Shown: positions 25,180-37,899 of the stretch, piece after piece
Layout of the letters: each line of letters starts with the position of its first letter
Position numbering within the stretch: position 1 is the stretch's first letter
NCBI RefSeq assembly: GCF_006345805.1
Contig: NW_021833473.1
Span: 136,001-200,000 of the forward strand
Direction of reading: 5' to 3'
Length of the DNA stretch: 64,000 bases
DNA from: Octopus sinensis
Lineage: Eukaryota
Made by a program: the position numbers and the translations under genes
Notes under the pieces: generated by a model
What the model was told of the DNA's origin: nothing
Seen by the model: the letters and a program-made list of their open reading frames with translations, nothing else
Database searches by the model: none

Positions 25180-26520
25180 TTTTTTGTCATGTTAGATGCA
25201 CAACAACAGGAGACTTCTAGGTTGTGCACCTAACATAGAAAAAGCATTTATCAAGTACCCACAATACAAGTTAGGAGGGAGGTTGCACTTCCAGGGTATA
25301 CAACTGTCCAGTAGGAGGCCGATGCGAGGCTGAAGGGGTCATTAATGAGGCTATGGTGATACCTAGACCTGATATCCGCAAAAACAGTAATGTACAATCA
25401 AACAACAATATTATTAGCAGATTAACCAGTTCTCATGCCAATACTGTTGCCACGCGCAGAGATAACAACCAGTCCAGGACTAGTATCACAGAGAGCATCA
25501 CTGAGGACTCCGGTACCACTGCCACAAACAATGAACAAACCATAGATACAGATAGAGTGACCAGGCCCTCAATGTATACTACCACCAGTACAAACAACGC
25601 ACCTAGAAATAATAACCTATCCAGCACCAGTGACTTGGAGGAGGTATCTACCGTTCCCAGTTTCGCTACCTCAGGAGATGACCAAGTATTTATCTTCAAC
25701 ACCGATAGGATGACCAGCCCCGCACCGTATGTTACCAAAGGTACGAATAGGGCCACATATTATGTGTGGAAATATATTGGCTCTGCGAGTACTTCATTCA
25801 AGCGGCGTTTTCTTAACCACCAGCTACCGTTGTGAGTCCCAGAGAGATGCTTTGTCACGTCCCTGACCCGCCATGTATGACATCCCTTAGATTAAGAGAC
25901 CCCGTGTAATATCAGGTGGAAACTAATTGATCATCTGGGTCTTTATAATGATGGAAGTGGACGTTGCAAGATCTGCATCGCGGAGAGAGCCAAAATTTTT
26001 AAGGACTATAAGAAACCTGGAACATTAAACAGCCTCACTAGATCGGGCACGGTAGCGCGGCGGAGCTGCGGGCGAAGGCGGGCTTCAAAAGGCGGACGTC
26101 CAGTAGCGGGCGTGACGAGGCTGACGTCCAGATGCGGGCGAAGGCGAGCTTCAAAAGGCGGGCATCTGCTCTGCTCTGCTCTACCCTGCTCTGCCCTGGA
26201 TACATTTAGAAGTGTTTTCTAAATGTATCCACTTCAAGCGATACTAACTAGAAAAATGGATCTCCCCGTTTGATTGTTCGGCCTCTTAGGGTCTATAAGG
26301 GATTTTTAAAACCTCTAATTCAGGAGTAGTAACCCATCCACATTAATGTTTTCTTTTCTTTTTGCTAAGAGGTATCCTTCGATTTCTGAGCGCTTCCTCA
26401 CGTCTGCAACGGAGATATTTTGTATTTTGTATTTATATAGAGTCTGACGAGCTGTCCACAAGGCTTTTGCTCTGTGGATGCGAAACCTTGGGTAACTCTA
26501 TGTCTAAGATATAAAAGTTT
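25180..26520 (+). mobile_element. 5'-truncated PLE: thumb end, Cys motif, split GIY-YIG endonuclease, 3' UTR with hammerhead
   Basis: CAPNIEKAF, then C-x6-CPVGGRC-EAEGVINEAMV ... WKYIGSASTSFKRRFLNH, then NIRWKLIDH...GSGRCKICIAE. Confidence 0.75.
26437..26501 (+). ncRNA. Intact canonical type I hammerhead ribozyme; predicted cleavage after 26494
   Basis: atagagt-CTGACGA-gc..tccaca..tgtgga..gc-GAAA-CC ttg GGT-A-actctat: perfect 7-bp stem I, all core nucleotides, closed stem III, GUA triplet. Confidence 0.9.
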
Positions 26521-26565
26521 TAATATATATATATGTATGTATATATATAATATATATATATATAT

Positions 26566-26638
<73 letters not shown>

Positions 26639-26923
26639 TAAGGATATATTCGTGTGCATATAGCCTTTATGTTAGATGCGTTGAATGCTCCAGTTATTAT
26701 TGTGGAATTGAGAAATCTCTCAGCCATTCAATAAATACAAGTTTATGAAATAAATCCCAGACTAAATCATATATTTAACTCCAAAAACTGATATGTTTGA
26801 CCAAAGTCTCTCAATGGTGGTTTCCTAGCATAGTCACACTTCAATGATTGAAACCAGCAAAACATCAGGATATTTGGGTGTAGATCAGTAAAAATTAAAG
26901 TGAAAAGGACAAAATATACTTAC

Positions 26924-27096
26924 AACAATAATTTCACGCGTTGGCTGCTGTTCCACTGGAGGCCGTGGTGGTTGCATTTTAGATTTACTTGCAGCAACAT
27001 TTTCATATGTTGGCTCCTGTTGCTCACGAGGCGGAGGTGGAGGCGGAGGGTATTTAGATCCCACATAAAATACACCTACATTTCCCTGGCAGTTAC
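26924..27096 (-). CDS. CD225/dispanin paralogue A, proline-rich N-terminal exon
   Basis: tttttacAG acceptor, GTAAGT donor, 173 nt phase 1-0; (G)NCQGNVGVFYVGSKYPPPPPPPREQQEPTYENVAASKSKMQPPRPPVEQQPTREIIV; splices in frame to the core exon. Confidence 0.85.
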
Positions 27097-27676
27097 CTGT
27101 AAAAAAATTAGACTCCATAAAGAATATTTCAAAATGTACGTTCCTTATATCTATAAGGAGTGCACAATTCTGAAATATTCAAATTCAATCATTCATCAAC
27201 TGTTATATAATATACTAGTTTGTAACTCTATTTTTACGGGTGAAAATTTGATTCTTCTGCAAAAAAATATCACCACTAGTTAAAATTAATAAATAAAATA
27301 AATAAAATAAAAGACCTAATGTGGATTAACCATGTGTATACGTGTGTGTGTATACGTGTGCGTGTGTGTGTGTGTGGGTGTGTGTGCGTGCATGCGTGCT
27401 CGCATGGAATTTATATATATTAAACGCATAATTATTAGTTTGAGTCAAGAGTTTTTGTTTTCAAACTCTTATTATTAGCAATGTAGGTGCATCGGCACAA
27501 TTAGTCACATTTAATGACGAATAAATATTCCCTTTATGGCATTATTTTGTGCCTAGCTGTTTATATTAACTTTTATTACATGCCTTAGCATTTCACTAAA
27601 TCATCCCTAAATTTCTATAGTAAATATATACATATGCTGACAGACGGATTTAGACGACCATCGGCTGTCTGAGCAG

Positions 27677-27728
27677 TCACTACAGATGATGCCTACAAAA
27701 TAAGCGAAACTAGATTCTAGTCAGGTGA
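27677..27728 (+). ncRNA. Degenerate type I hammerhead (core CAGATGA)
   Basis: tcacta-CAGATGA-t-gc...gc-GAAAC tag att cta GTC-aggtga; U4 mutated; the paralogue at 53840 has CTGATGA. Confidence 0.6.
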
Positions 27729-27807
27729 TTTTAGAAACGGTCATGGGACGGTTAACTCCCCTGTTAGTATATGTATATTTTGCGCTCTTCTTACAGCACT
27801 ATGATAT

Positions 27808-27920
<113 letters not shown>

Positions 27921-28439
27921 AGAGGAAAAAATAATAAGGCAGAATGCTACATTGAAAGTAAATTTTAATAAGAAAGGGTATATGAAAAATTAAAAAAGAA
28001 AAAAGAAATCAAAACGGCTTTCACTGCAAGGCAAATTTTCAAGATTTCGAAGAAGAAAAAAGTTTTTCTTAAATTGAGGAAAGGGAAAAAAGAAATTTGC
28101 AATGTTTTTTTCAAAAAAATAATAATACATATATGCAAAAATTAATAAATAAGTATACCAATACATTGTAGTGTCTTTATGCTTTTAGAGTTCAATAATA
28201 GTCCTTGGAAAAACTTCTTTGGAGGATTAGGATGCATGTGTTTAAGTGTAGCGTTTTGTTTGAAAAGGTCGGGTGTTTATGTGTCAAAACAGGAAATGGG
28301 GTAGGAGTTATCCAGTTCCTGTGAATAAGGGGGGACAATTCTGTGGCTTTTATGCTCTTTAATTGGAATGCTGGATTTTGTGTCCCATAGGATGCTAGAA
28401 AAAGGAATATGGTCACCGTGGAGTTTGCATATTTAGAAG

Positions 28440-30270
28440 AGTAGTAGTCCATAAAGAACAGATAAATCTCCCGCAATACCGTCAAATTCCACTCAGTAGC
28501 CACATAGACTCTTGCGCTAGAGATAAAAATGGAGTCAGAGAGGCTCTGTTTTATCCGAACACACCAGAAGCAGTTGCTTTCGGACATCTACATTCATCTG
28601 CGAGACGCCCTCATCAATGACGCGGCACCAGATAGCGTAGGCAAACTCTACATTCTGCCATCCTCCTTCACTGGAAGTCCTCGGTATATGTACGAGAGAA
28701 CGCATGATGCTATGACTTACGTCCGTCATTACGACGCGCCTGATTTGTTCATTACATTCACCTGCAATCCTTCGTGGAAGGAGATCGAAGCTGAATTGTT
28801 TCCAGGCCAGCATGCGAAAAACCGTCACGACCTTCTTGCGCTAGTCTTCCGGTTGAACTAATGGAGCATCTTAAGGGAGGGAAGATATTTGTCCAATCTG
28901 GCACTCTGTAAAAATACCTCCCAACGATATTGAGTAGATTATCTCTGCCGAGAAACCAAACCCATCTACTGACAGACATCTCTTTGAAATAATTAAAGCG
29001 ATCATGATCCACGGACCATGTAGGCGCGGGTTCAATTTAGGCTCTCCTTGCTTGAGCAGCAAAATCTGCGACAAGAAGTTTCCAAAAAATATCTGAAGGA
29101 AACACAAACTGGCGTTGATGGATACCCTCTGTACAGACGGCGCCAACCTGCAGACGGTGGCTTTACCATGAAAATTGAACAACATGAGGTTGATAACAGA
29201 TGGGTTGTACCGTATTCACCGCTTCTTTCGATGACGTTAGGTGCCCTCATCAACGTGGAGTTTTGCCATTCCGTCAAGTCCATCAAGTATATTTGCAAAT
29301 ATATCAACAAAGGCTCAGTTGTAGAGCCTCGACAAACTACTCACACTTCATTCTTCGCTCTGTGCTGGAACGACCCATTTGCAAATCTCTGCTTTATCCT
29401 CAGGTTCCGTCCTACTCACATGGACTAAGCAACAATGGGTACACAGAAAGTCAGGCCAGCCTGTTGACGGACAACCTGGTGTAAAACGAGTGCACTTATC
29501 TTCGCCTTCTGTTACCTAAGGTACGTGGGACCTAGTCGTTTGATGATTTAAGGAATGTCGATGGCTCTGTTTGCAGCACTTACAGGGAAGCATGCTTGAA
29601 GCGCGGTTTGCTGGAAGACGATGCGCAATGGGAAGCTACCTTATTCGAGGCTGTTGCATCCTAGACACCTAAACGTCTACGAGCTCTATTCTCAGTTATT
29701 CTGCAAATTTGTGAACTGAACAACCCTTTGTCTTTGTGGCTCAAATTTAAAGAAGACTTATCGGAGGACTTCATACATCAGGCGAAGTTGTTTTTCCTTG
29801 GAATAGAAAGTATAAGCGATGAGGTATACAATCAAGCCTTGATCGACATTGAAAATACAGTTGCATCACTCGGTGGGAATGACCTATCCTTATATGGTCT
29901 GCCTAAACCGCTGTGTTCAGAGTCAAATTTACTTCCTACAGCTCTTTAGCGAGAGACGTCCTACAACACAGATGCTCTTTCCAATTTTGAGCTAGAAACC
30001 GAACCAAAGCTTCTTCCGGATCAACAGCATGTTTATACTATTGTGACTGATCATGTGCACCACAGGAAAGAGTGGTTTGTTTTTTCATGATGTTCCAGGG
30101 GGTACACGCAAAACCTTTCTAACGAAGCTCATCCAAGCAAAGGTCAGCATGCAAAAGAACATTGCGGTTGCGATCGCAAATTCAGGGATTGCTGCAACTT
30201 TGCTGTCTGGCGGCAAAACTGCACACTCCACCTTTAAACTGCTTGCAGCACCTGAAATTGAAAAAATGTG
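28440..30270 (+). mobile_element. Helitron Rep-helicase, decayed
   Basis: ILPSSFTGSPRYM...DAMTYVRHY..PDLFITFTCNP.W; GYPLYRRR; DNRWVVPYSP; SVKSIKYICKYINKG; DVPGGTRKTF; ANSGIAATLLSGGKTAHSTFKL. Confidence 0.95.
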
Positions 30271-30440
30271 AATAGGGAAATAACAGACCATTTATAGTTC
30301 TCCGATATGTGGGGTCTCGCATCTGAATGGAATTTTACAGTTACCACTATTTTATACAGAGATTGATCGTAAATATTTCATTTCTTTATGCTTTGAAGTG
30401 AGCAGAAATAGAGGGAGAGGAGAAAGTGAAAGATGTGTTT

Positions 30441-30486
<46 letters not shown>

Positions 30487-30875
30487 AAGACAGAGGGAGA
30501 AAGAGAGAATGAGTCAATGAGGGAGTGAGTGAGTAACGTAGGTAACGAATGCGTGAACACACCCATAGTAAATGTGACGTCATCGTCATTAAGATAGTGG
30601 TATAAAATGACGTCTACGATAGGTTACTAAAAGAAAAATGTTAAATTTTTGTTATTCAAATATGTGAATGAAAAAATATTTAGTTGGTAGCCGAAAGCTT
30701 ACTGAATCTTTTGAAAACCCAAACGTCAAAATCAGTAATTCGTCACACACACACGCACACAAACTCTATTTTATTCATATAGATATATGTGTGTCTGCTT
30801 GTGTATATGTGCGTGTGTGTGCATGTTTGAGTCTATGTGTTTTTGTTATATATATATATATATACATAAACACAA

Positions 30876-30906
<31 letters not shown>

Positions 30907-31199
30907 AATATATGCACATAAACACAAACACATACTCTAACACATACACACACAAATACACACAAACAGACAGACACACACACACACGCATACACACACA
31001 TATTTTCCTGATATCTGTTACCTGTTAGTCATCAGACTGCGGTCATGCTGGAGAATTTTTACCTGAAGTATTTTTAGTCGAATGAATAGATCCCAGTACT
31101 TATTGTCTTTTAAGCTTGGCACATATTCTATCAGTCCCTTTGGTCGAACAGCTAGGTTACGCTAGCGTAAACCCACAAAAAGTGGTAAGAATATTAGTG

Positions 31200-32170
31200 A
31201 TACTACTTGTCTTATTCGTGGCAATATACCTTTTAGCAGGATGTATATTTATACGTGGGCCACTGAAAATATTTTCACTGCCGTCAAAGTGGAAATTTTC
31301 GTGACGAAGTAATTTCTTTTGTTCATGAATGACTAGGATGACCCGTTTCTCGAATGACAGACGCTTAGACAACAAAAGTGTATTCAACAGATACAATTGT
31401 TATTATCATTACGTTCTGGAAATTACGCTCTGCTTTAGACTCATATGAAATTATTGAAAGTATGGTTTCTCTTTTATTATGGACTTATCAGGCAAGGAAT
31501 AAATGTCTGCATTGCATTGCACATGACCTAAATTGGCTAGAAAAATCTACGCAGTTGATTCTCTGTTTTAGTGTATTTCAAAAGACCACTAACTGTGTAG
31601 CTTGTGACCCTTTTAGGAAATTTCACACTTTTAGAAGTCATCCTGTTGGAAAGTTTGCATGAAAACACATCGTACTGAGTTGAAAAACAAAACCACATAT
31701 ATTATGAAGTTTGAATTAATCAATTTGTAGTTGTCTACACCGATCTTCAGCTAACTTTAACGACACGACCATTGCAAGGGTGAAAAGGTTGTTGAAATGA
31801 TTTATCCAGTGATAATACTCGTTTCGATCTTGTTCCATTCGGGTGTCGTGGAAGCAATAGAGGCTGTCAGATTGAAGGTATTGTAGTCGCCCAGACTGAA
31901 ATATCTAAATATGTCTGAGACACGGTACCTGTTCAGAACTGCTTCAAGCAAAATTTGTTCCTGTTCACTACAAACGTTCTCACAAATGTTTTCCCTATAT
32001 TTTATCGATTGGTCGCGATTTGTCGTTACCAGATGTTTCGCCTGATTGAGAAATGCGATAGTAATACTCCCCTTGCGCTCCTCCTTAATTACTGATTGTA
32101 GCTTTCTCTGAGCCCATTTTAGCAGTAGATGTCTCTGTCTACTCGAAAGCATATCACACAAACGGACTTA
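31200..32170 (-). mobile_element. Unclassified dispersed repeat with a decayed long coding frame
   Basis: ORFs 31802-32161 and 31157-31396 have normal amino-acid composition; homologous pieces at 34230-34410, 39195-39645, 40320-40525 and 61970-62070. Confidence 0.5.
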
Positions 32171-32214
32171 GAGGGTATATATGCATATCATTTATATATA
32201 TATAAAACTGAGAA

Positions 32215-32410
32215 TGTCTGTCTGTCTGTCTGTGTGTGTGACAACCAATGCTGGTGTGTTTACGTCCCCGTAACTTAGCGGTTCGGCAAAAGATACCGAT
32301 AGAATAAGTACTAGGTGTACAAAGAATAAGTCTTGGGGTCGATTTGTTCAACTAAATGCGGTGCTTCAGTATGGCCGCAGTCAAATTGCTGATAAAAGTA
32401 AAAGAGTAAA
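32215..32410 (+). mobile_element. SINE family A 3' half
   Basis: acaaccaatgctggtgtgtttacgtccccg...ggccgcagtcaaat. Confidence 0.8.
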
Positions 32411-32429
32411 AGAGAAAAAATTTATATAT

Positions 32430-32529
<100 letters not shown>

Positions 32530-32572
32530 GTATATATATATATGTATATATATATACACATATATATATATG

Positions 32573-32697
<125 letters not shown>

Positions 32698-32699
32698 TT

Positions 32700-32960
32700 A
32701 TGAAAGGCATGGACGAAAATGCTACTTTCTTAAAATTGTGTACATTTTAATTTTTGTTTTGCATGTTTCGGCTTTTGAAAAACCTTATCAAAAATATGTA
32801 CCAAAATGGAATAGGTAAAGAGAAAAGAGCCATTGATAAAATTAGATTAAAATTTAAATTAAGATTAACACTCATAGTTTACTTTCCGTTTTCCTGCAGG
32901 CGCACGTGGATAATATCTTTTGGTTCTGGTAGCATGACAATTTCAACTGACTGCGACTAT
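32700..32960 (-). repeat. About 260-bp repeat carrying a U3:A8 hammerhead-like motif (32757-32795); second copy 40050-40310 (motif 40106-40144)
   Basis: Minus: TTGATAA-ggtttt..aaa(g/a)cc-GAAAC-ATGC-aaaa; the expected U16.1 is C in both copies. Confidence 0.55.
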
Positions 32961-33120
32961 ATAAACCAGGACTTTTCAGCTCCTGCCTAATAAATCGAAT
33001 CACAAAGATTTTGTCATCCCAAGGTTATAGCAGATACACAAGCCTAAGTTGCCACGCAGTGGGACCCAACATGAGAGCACGTAGTTAGCAGGCAAATATC
33101 TTAGGACAAATGTGCATAAG

Positions 33121-33153
<33 letters not shown>

Positions 33154-33523
33154 TGAACAATAGAAGGTGAAACTGCGCTAAGAATGATTAGAATACTTTT
33201 TACTAATATATTTAAAGCTTTTACTGATTTCATGGTTTGCACTGATTTTCAAAAAGGGCAAATAGAAAGGCATAGTTTACGTCGCAGTTGTCTTGCTTCA
33301 AACTATCGTTCGACGCATTTGGGAGAAAAAAATATAAATAATATATACGTGAAAATCCAACCGGTGAGATAATAAGGTATTAAGACGATAATGACTCTCC
33401 CCAGACGCAACATAATTTGCTTCAGTACACAAGTTCAAATAAACAATCTTGCAAACCAGATAGAAAAACGAAGTGTACATACATACATACATGCATGCAT
33501 ACATACATACATACATACATACA

Positions 33524-33559
<36 letters not shown>

Positions 33560-33566
33560 TACATAC

Positions 33567-33679
<113 letters not shown>

Positions 33680-33699
33680 TCCGGCACCAGTCGCCATGA

Positions 33700-33885
33700 T
33701 AAATCGTTAGCCACTACACACATTTTTTTTCTCTCCTTGTTTTTTTTCTGTGTTCCTTTCTGTAGAAGAGCGTAGGCTCGAAACGTAAAAGACTTTTAGC
33801 ATTCCTGAACGTTGTACTAATACATCTGTTTATTTTATACAGCACCTGTCTTCGTCTTTTGTTTTATACGTAAACTCTCACTATA
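33700..33885 (+). mobile_element. Short repeat with minimal hammerhead-like motif (33756-33791), CUGU-N-GA core
   Basis: cttt-CTGTAGA-a-gagc gtag gctc-GAAA-CGT-A-aaag; further copies at 41243-41410 and 60900-61095. Confidence 0.7.
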
Positions 33886-34473
33886 TATATTCACACCCGT
33901 ACATACATATACATATATATTTAATTCATTAATAGACATTGATGTAATGCCGGAAGGGAATCGTAGGTATGTGTATAGAGCCCTCAAAAATATACCAGGT
34001 AGTGAATGTATAATAAAGAAATATGGGAAATCAATGATATCTACTTACTGATATTCATTTCGGGATGAGTAGATGCAGAGACAGTGTTCACACCACTTGC
34101 CTTATGCATTGCAATATATATGTATATATGTTGACGTCAACAGCAATTGTAGCAGTAAATTGATAGCAGTGAGAAATCAAGTTTTTTCAGAGTGGGTTGT
34201 TTATGCATGAATAATGCATATACCACTGCTGTATGTTCGACATATAAGATTCTTTTATCTTTCTGTACTGAAAATTAAACTCACTTTTAGACCCATAGGA
34301 AATTATTGTAATTATGATCTCACTTTTATTATGGACCTATCAAGCAAGGAAGAGATGTGCACATTACATTTTACGTAACCTAAACTGGCTTGAAAAATCG
34401 ACGCATTCTCAGTTTTAACCGATTTCAATAGTTCTGTAACTATGCATTTAGTTCACCTTTTAAAAAACTCCGG

Positions 34474-35027
34474 GTATGTTTTTTTATGAGCGCACTCCTG
34501 GTGAGACCCATATTGGAGTATGGGATTCAAGCCTCTTCTCCTTATCTCCTCAAAGACATACAGCATCTCGAAAGAGTCCAGAGGCTGGCTACCCGCATGG
34601 TTCATGGTCTCAAAAATTTGTCCTACGAAGAAAGGCTGAGGACGCTCGACCTTTATTCTCTTGAAAAACGCCGCCGCCGTGGTGATCTCATTCTCGCCCA
34701 CAACATCATAAGCAGGAAGTGTAACCTCTCGAAAGAGCTGTTCTTCACTCCTGCTCCGGAGCGTCGGCTGCGGGGTCATTCCGAAAAGCTCTACCTGCGA
34801 CGATTTGATCTCAATCGAAGGAGAGGAGCTTTCTCCGTCCGGGTTGCGGATCCGTGGAACAAGCTGCCAGACGAGATGGTGAAGATGCCGACGACCGCTT
34901 TGTTCAAAGCCTCCCTGGACCTCAAGTGGCCTGAACTCTTTAGATGAACACCACCCTGTACTTAACTCCATGTCCCCCTACATGGCCTTGCTATTTACTT
35001 TTGAGCCAAATTAACTAACTAACTAAC
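34474..35027 (+). mobile_element. CR1-group LINE 3' end with (TAAC)n tail
   Basis: ORF 34486-34947 LVRPILEYG...LERVQRLATR...YEERLR.L.L.SLEKRRRRGDLI...RLRGH...FSVRVAD.WN.LP. Confidence 0.95.
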
Positions 35028-35049
35028 ATATTAATGGACTTAAAAGCTA

Positions 35050-35099
35050 TATCTATATATATAAAACAGAAACTGTGTGTGTGTATGTGTGTGTGTGTG

Positions 35100-35132
<33 letters not shown>

Positions 35133-36240
35133 TGCGTGTGTCTCGAGTTCCGCCTAACCGATTCGATTGAAATTTCAGATATGCATTTGGAATGTTCCGT
35201 GGTATGATTTAGTCATAACAACTGTTTCCATCAATGTTCGGTTTTCGCAAATACTCAATCGATAATTATCGATTTTTTCAAAAAGTCCGATTTTTGATCA
35301 AACTTAACATTCCTATGCATTATTACCCAACGTTTTTCGTTTCGTTATTATTTTTTCAAATTCTATTTCGTTTGAGCACAATACGGGAAAACCCGACTCA
35401 AAAAATGCCTCTAAGGCAGGCCATAGCGCCAGAACTATTGAACCGATTTAAACCAAACTTGGTAAATGAATGCATTTTCACCCAACGCGTCTTATGCCGT
35501 GGTTCATTTCATTAAATTGCGCTTTGTTTGAGCACAATTCGACAAACTCACATTCGAACAAATTGCCTTTGTTGAGGTAGCTTCTGATTGTTTTTTTCAG
35601 AACACTGACTCCATTCCTTCCCTTATGCATAACCAATTAATCTCCATCAGGGTGCGCACACACATTGTGACCCCACGTGACCTCAAAATAGCCACTGCCA
35701 ATAGCAGTAAACATCCGGCACTGAGGCTTTCCATTGCAATAAATGAAAGCAATTTCTATGAGTAGTATGAGATAGTTAAAGCAATAACAGCCTCTGCACT
35801 ACACAAGCTACTGGTAAGCACTTACTACTTCCTTCATCCATTTCACTAGCAGTAGTAACCGGAGTTGCACGGGTCTTAATAAATTACCATGAAACTGCGG
35901 AAACATGAGGCCTTACACTTGAGAAAAGACGGTTTGGGGTGTGACATTGTTAAAGCAATAATCTTGATAACCTCTTGAATAAAATCAATACCCAAGCTGT
36001 CTTTCAAAAAGTTATATTTTTGAGCTGTTTACGGTTTCCGTGTACAAGTGCTATCGGGTGAAGCCGGTTCAAACCGCTGAACCACCAGACTGATTCGATT
36101 GAAATTTCAGATATGCATTAGGTATGTTCCGAGGCATTTTTTTGTCATAACAACTGCTTTGATTAATGTTCGGTTTCCGCAAAAACTCGATCGATAATTA
36201 TCGATTGTTTTCAAAAAGTCGTTCGATTTCAACCAAACTC
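35050..36240 (+). mobile_element. Non-autonomous Helitron-like element plus a partial tandem copy
   Basis: 5' tctatatatataaaac followed by (TG)n; 3' cgggtgaagccggt...ccgct near 36055-36080; 35155-35290 repeated at 36085-36225. Confidence 0.55.
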
Positions 36241-37899
36241 GGTAGACATTTGCAGTTTGACCCAAAGAGTTTAGTGGCGTCACGGTACTCAGCGGATGAC
36301 CGGAAGACTGAAACTGAACTACTGAAGCACAATGAAGCTGCGTAGCACTTAATCAATGTACTTATTGATTCAGCATTTGATGTGACTCCAGATTATTCAG
36401 ATTTATTTATGCCAGGAATCCACTATGACAGTTATTTCTTTACTCATACGCATATCGCCTGCTCGCGCACACAATGCCGGACATTTGACTTTGTTATACT
36501 CACCATTTCTTATTCTCATATTTTGTCAGTACTTACCTGAAAACTCTCTTTGTTTTTGTGACCTTGCCATTGTCACTCTGTTATTGTAAACTTGCTATTA
36601 TGACCTCATACTGTTTGCTTGAAAAGTCGTCACTCTCCTACATAAACTCACGTCCCTGCTGACGTGGTCTTACAATCATTCGTGTCCTCTTGAAACAGCC
36701 GTCAAACCATCATCTGAAGCCCTAAACGCCCTGCTCTATTTTGCAATCGACGTAAGTTCCAATTCCCTCCAGCCCCGGAAATCGTCCATTTTTACAGTTT
36801 GTCGTCCCTCATTTGTGCTCCGACACCTCACACCCCACTACCTGCTGCCGTTTGTAACCATGTCTTTTTACCCCGTCACATCGAGACCTAAATTTAACCC
36901 ATTCCGTACAACATTCACACAATAGCCTACGTCCATTTTCCGCACTGACGCATGTTCTGCAATCGTGCTTCAAATCGCTATCAGACGCCCACCAGACGTC
37001 AGACATCCCGAATTACCTCCACGCATTGTCTGTCTCCTACCACAACCACCCCGCATGGGAACCATCTGTTCTTCTGCCTCAGCTCAAGGCAACCCTTCTC
37101 CATATTGTTCGGACACTCGGTAAGTACTTGACCATTACTCGCAAAGTAGCAACTAGGTGCCATTCCTTACTAACAATTCCAACAGTACCGTTTACCCCTT
37201 CTCGCTTTTATCCTCTTACAATGGGGTACTGTAGCATCATTGGTCTATTCTCGCGTTTTCGCGAGCGATGACTGCATCTTACTTAAAAACCCCTTTTCTT
37301 TTCACTTACACCAGTCGCGATCCTGCTCCAACGTTTTCACTGCAAGCTCTCTTCTCAAAGCTATCCTTTCCTCCATTAATCCAGCTGCAGTTGGTAAGTC
37401 ACAAAATTGTTATTACATCTACTGTTGCTCCTGGCCATTTCACCTCACGCCGTTGGAACACATTCATAAAGTACCACCTCTCATTGACAAAAAATAGGTA
37501 GAGGGACTTTCGACAAACGCCTTTACCTCGCGATTCGATAAGCAACATTATCTCAGGCTTCAGGTTACAGCTGCTAGACATTATCTGTTGACAATTCGCA
37601 TTCATGTATTTATTCCAGCGTAGAACAAACTACGATTGATATCCGCTTACCAATGTGGATAGTGGAAAACATGTTAATCGCACCTTTGAGAAGTGATTTG
37701 ATCCATTGCCAGCTCCCATTGCAACACAGCTTACTGTACTGCTACTAAATCACCTTATGGATATCTCTCCATTAAGACGTGCTTATGGTCTCGTACCCGC
37801 GTACCTATTTCATAAAAACTTACATATCCTGTCAGCCGTTTGCTATTATTCTTCTGACTGGGGCTAAGTGTTCTTCAACCTCCTGTTTTAGGTCACGCC

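Noticed and set aside
25433-25756. Hydrophobic minus-strand ORF (and 51759-52082) as a membrane protein
   Set aside because: Antisense shadow of the Ser/Thr/Asn-rich PLE frame.
28200-28440. Possible mariner remnant (PPYSQEL) on the minus strand
   Set aside because: A single weak motif with multiple stops.
36300-37780. Possible very old CR1/L2 LINE
   Set aside because: Only faint motif echoes (ASDD-like); too decayed to support.
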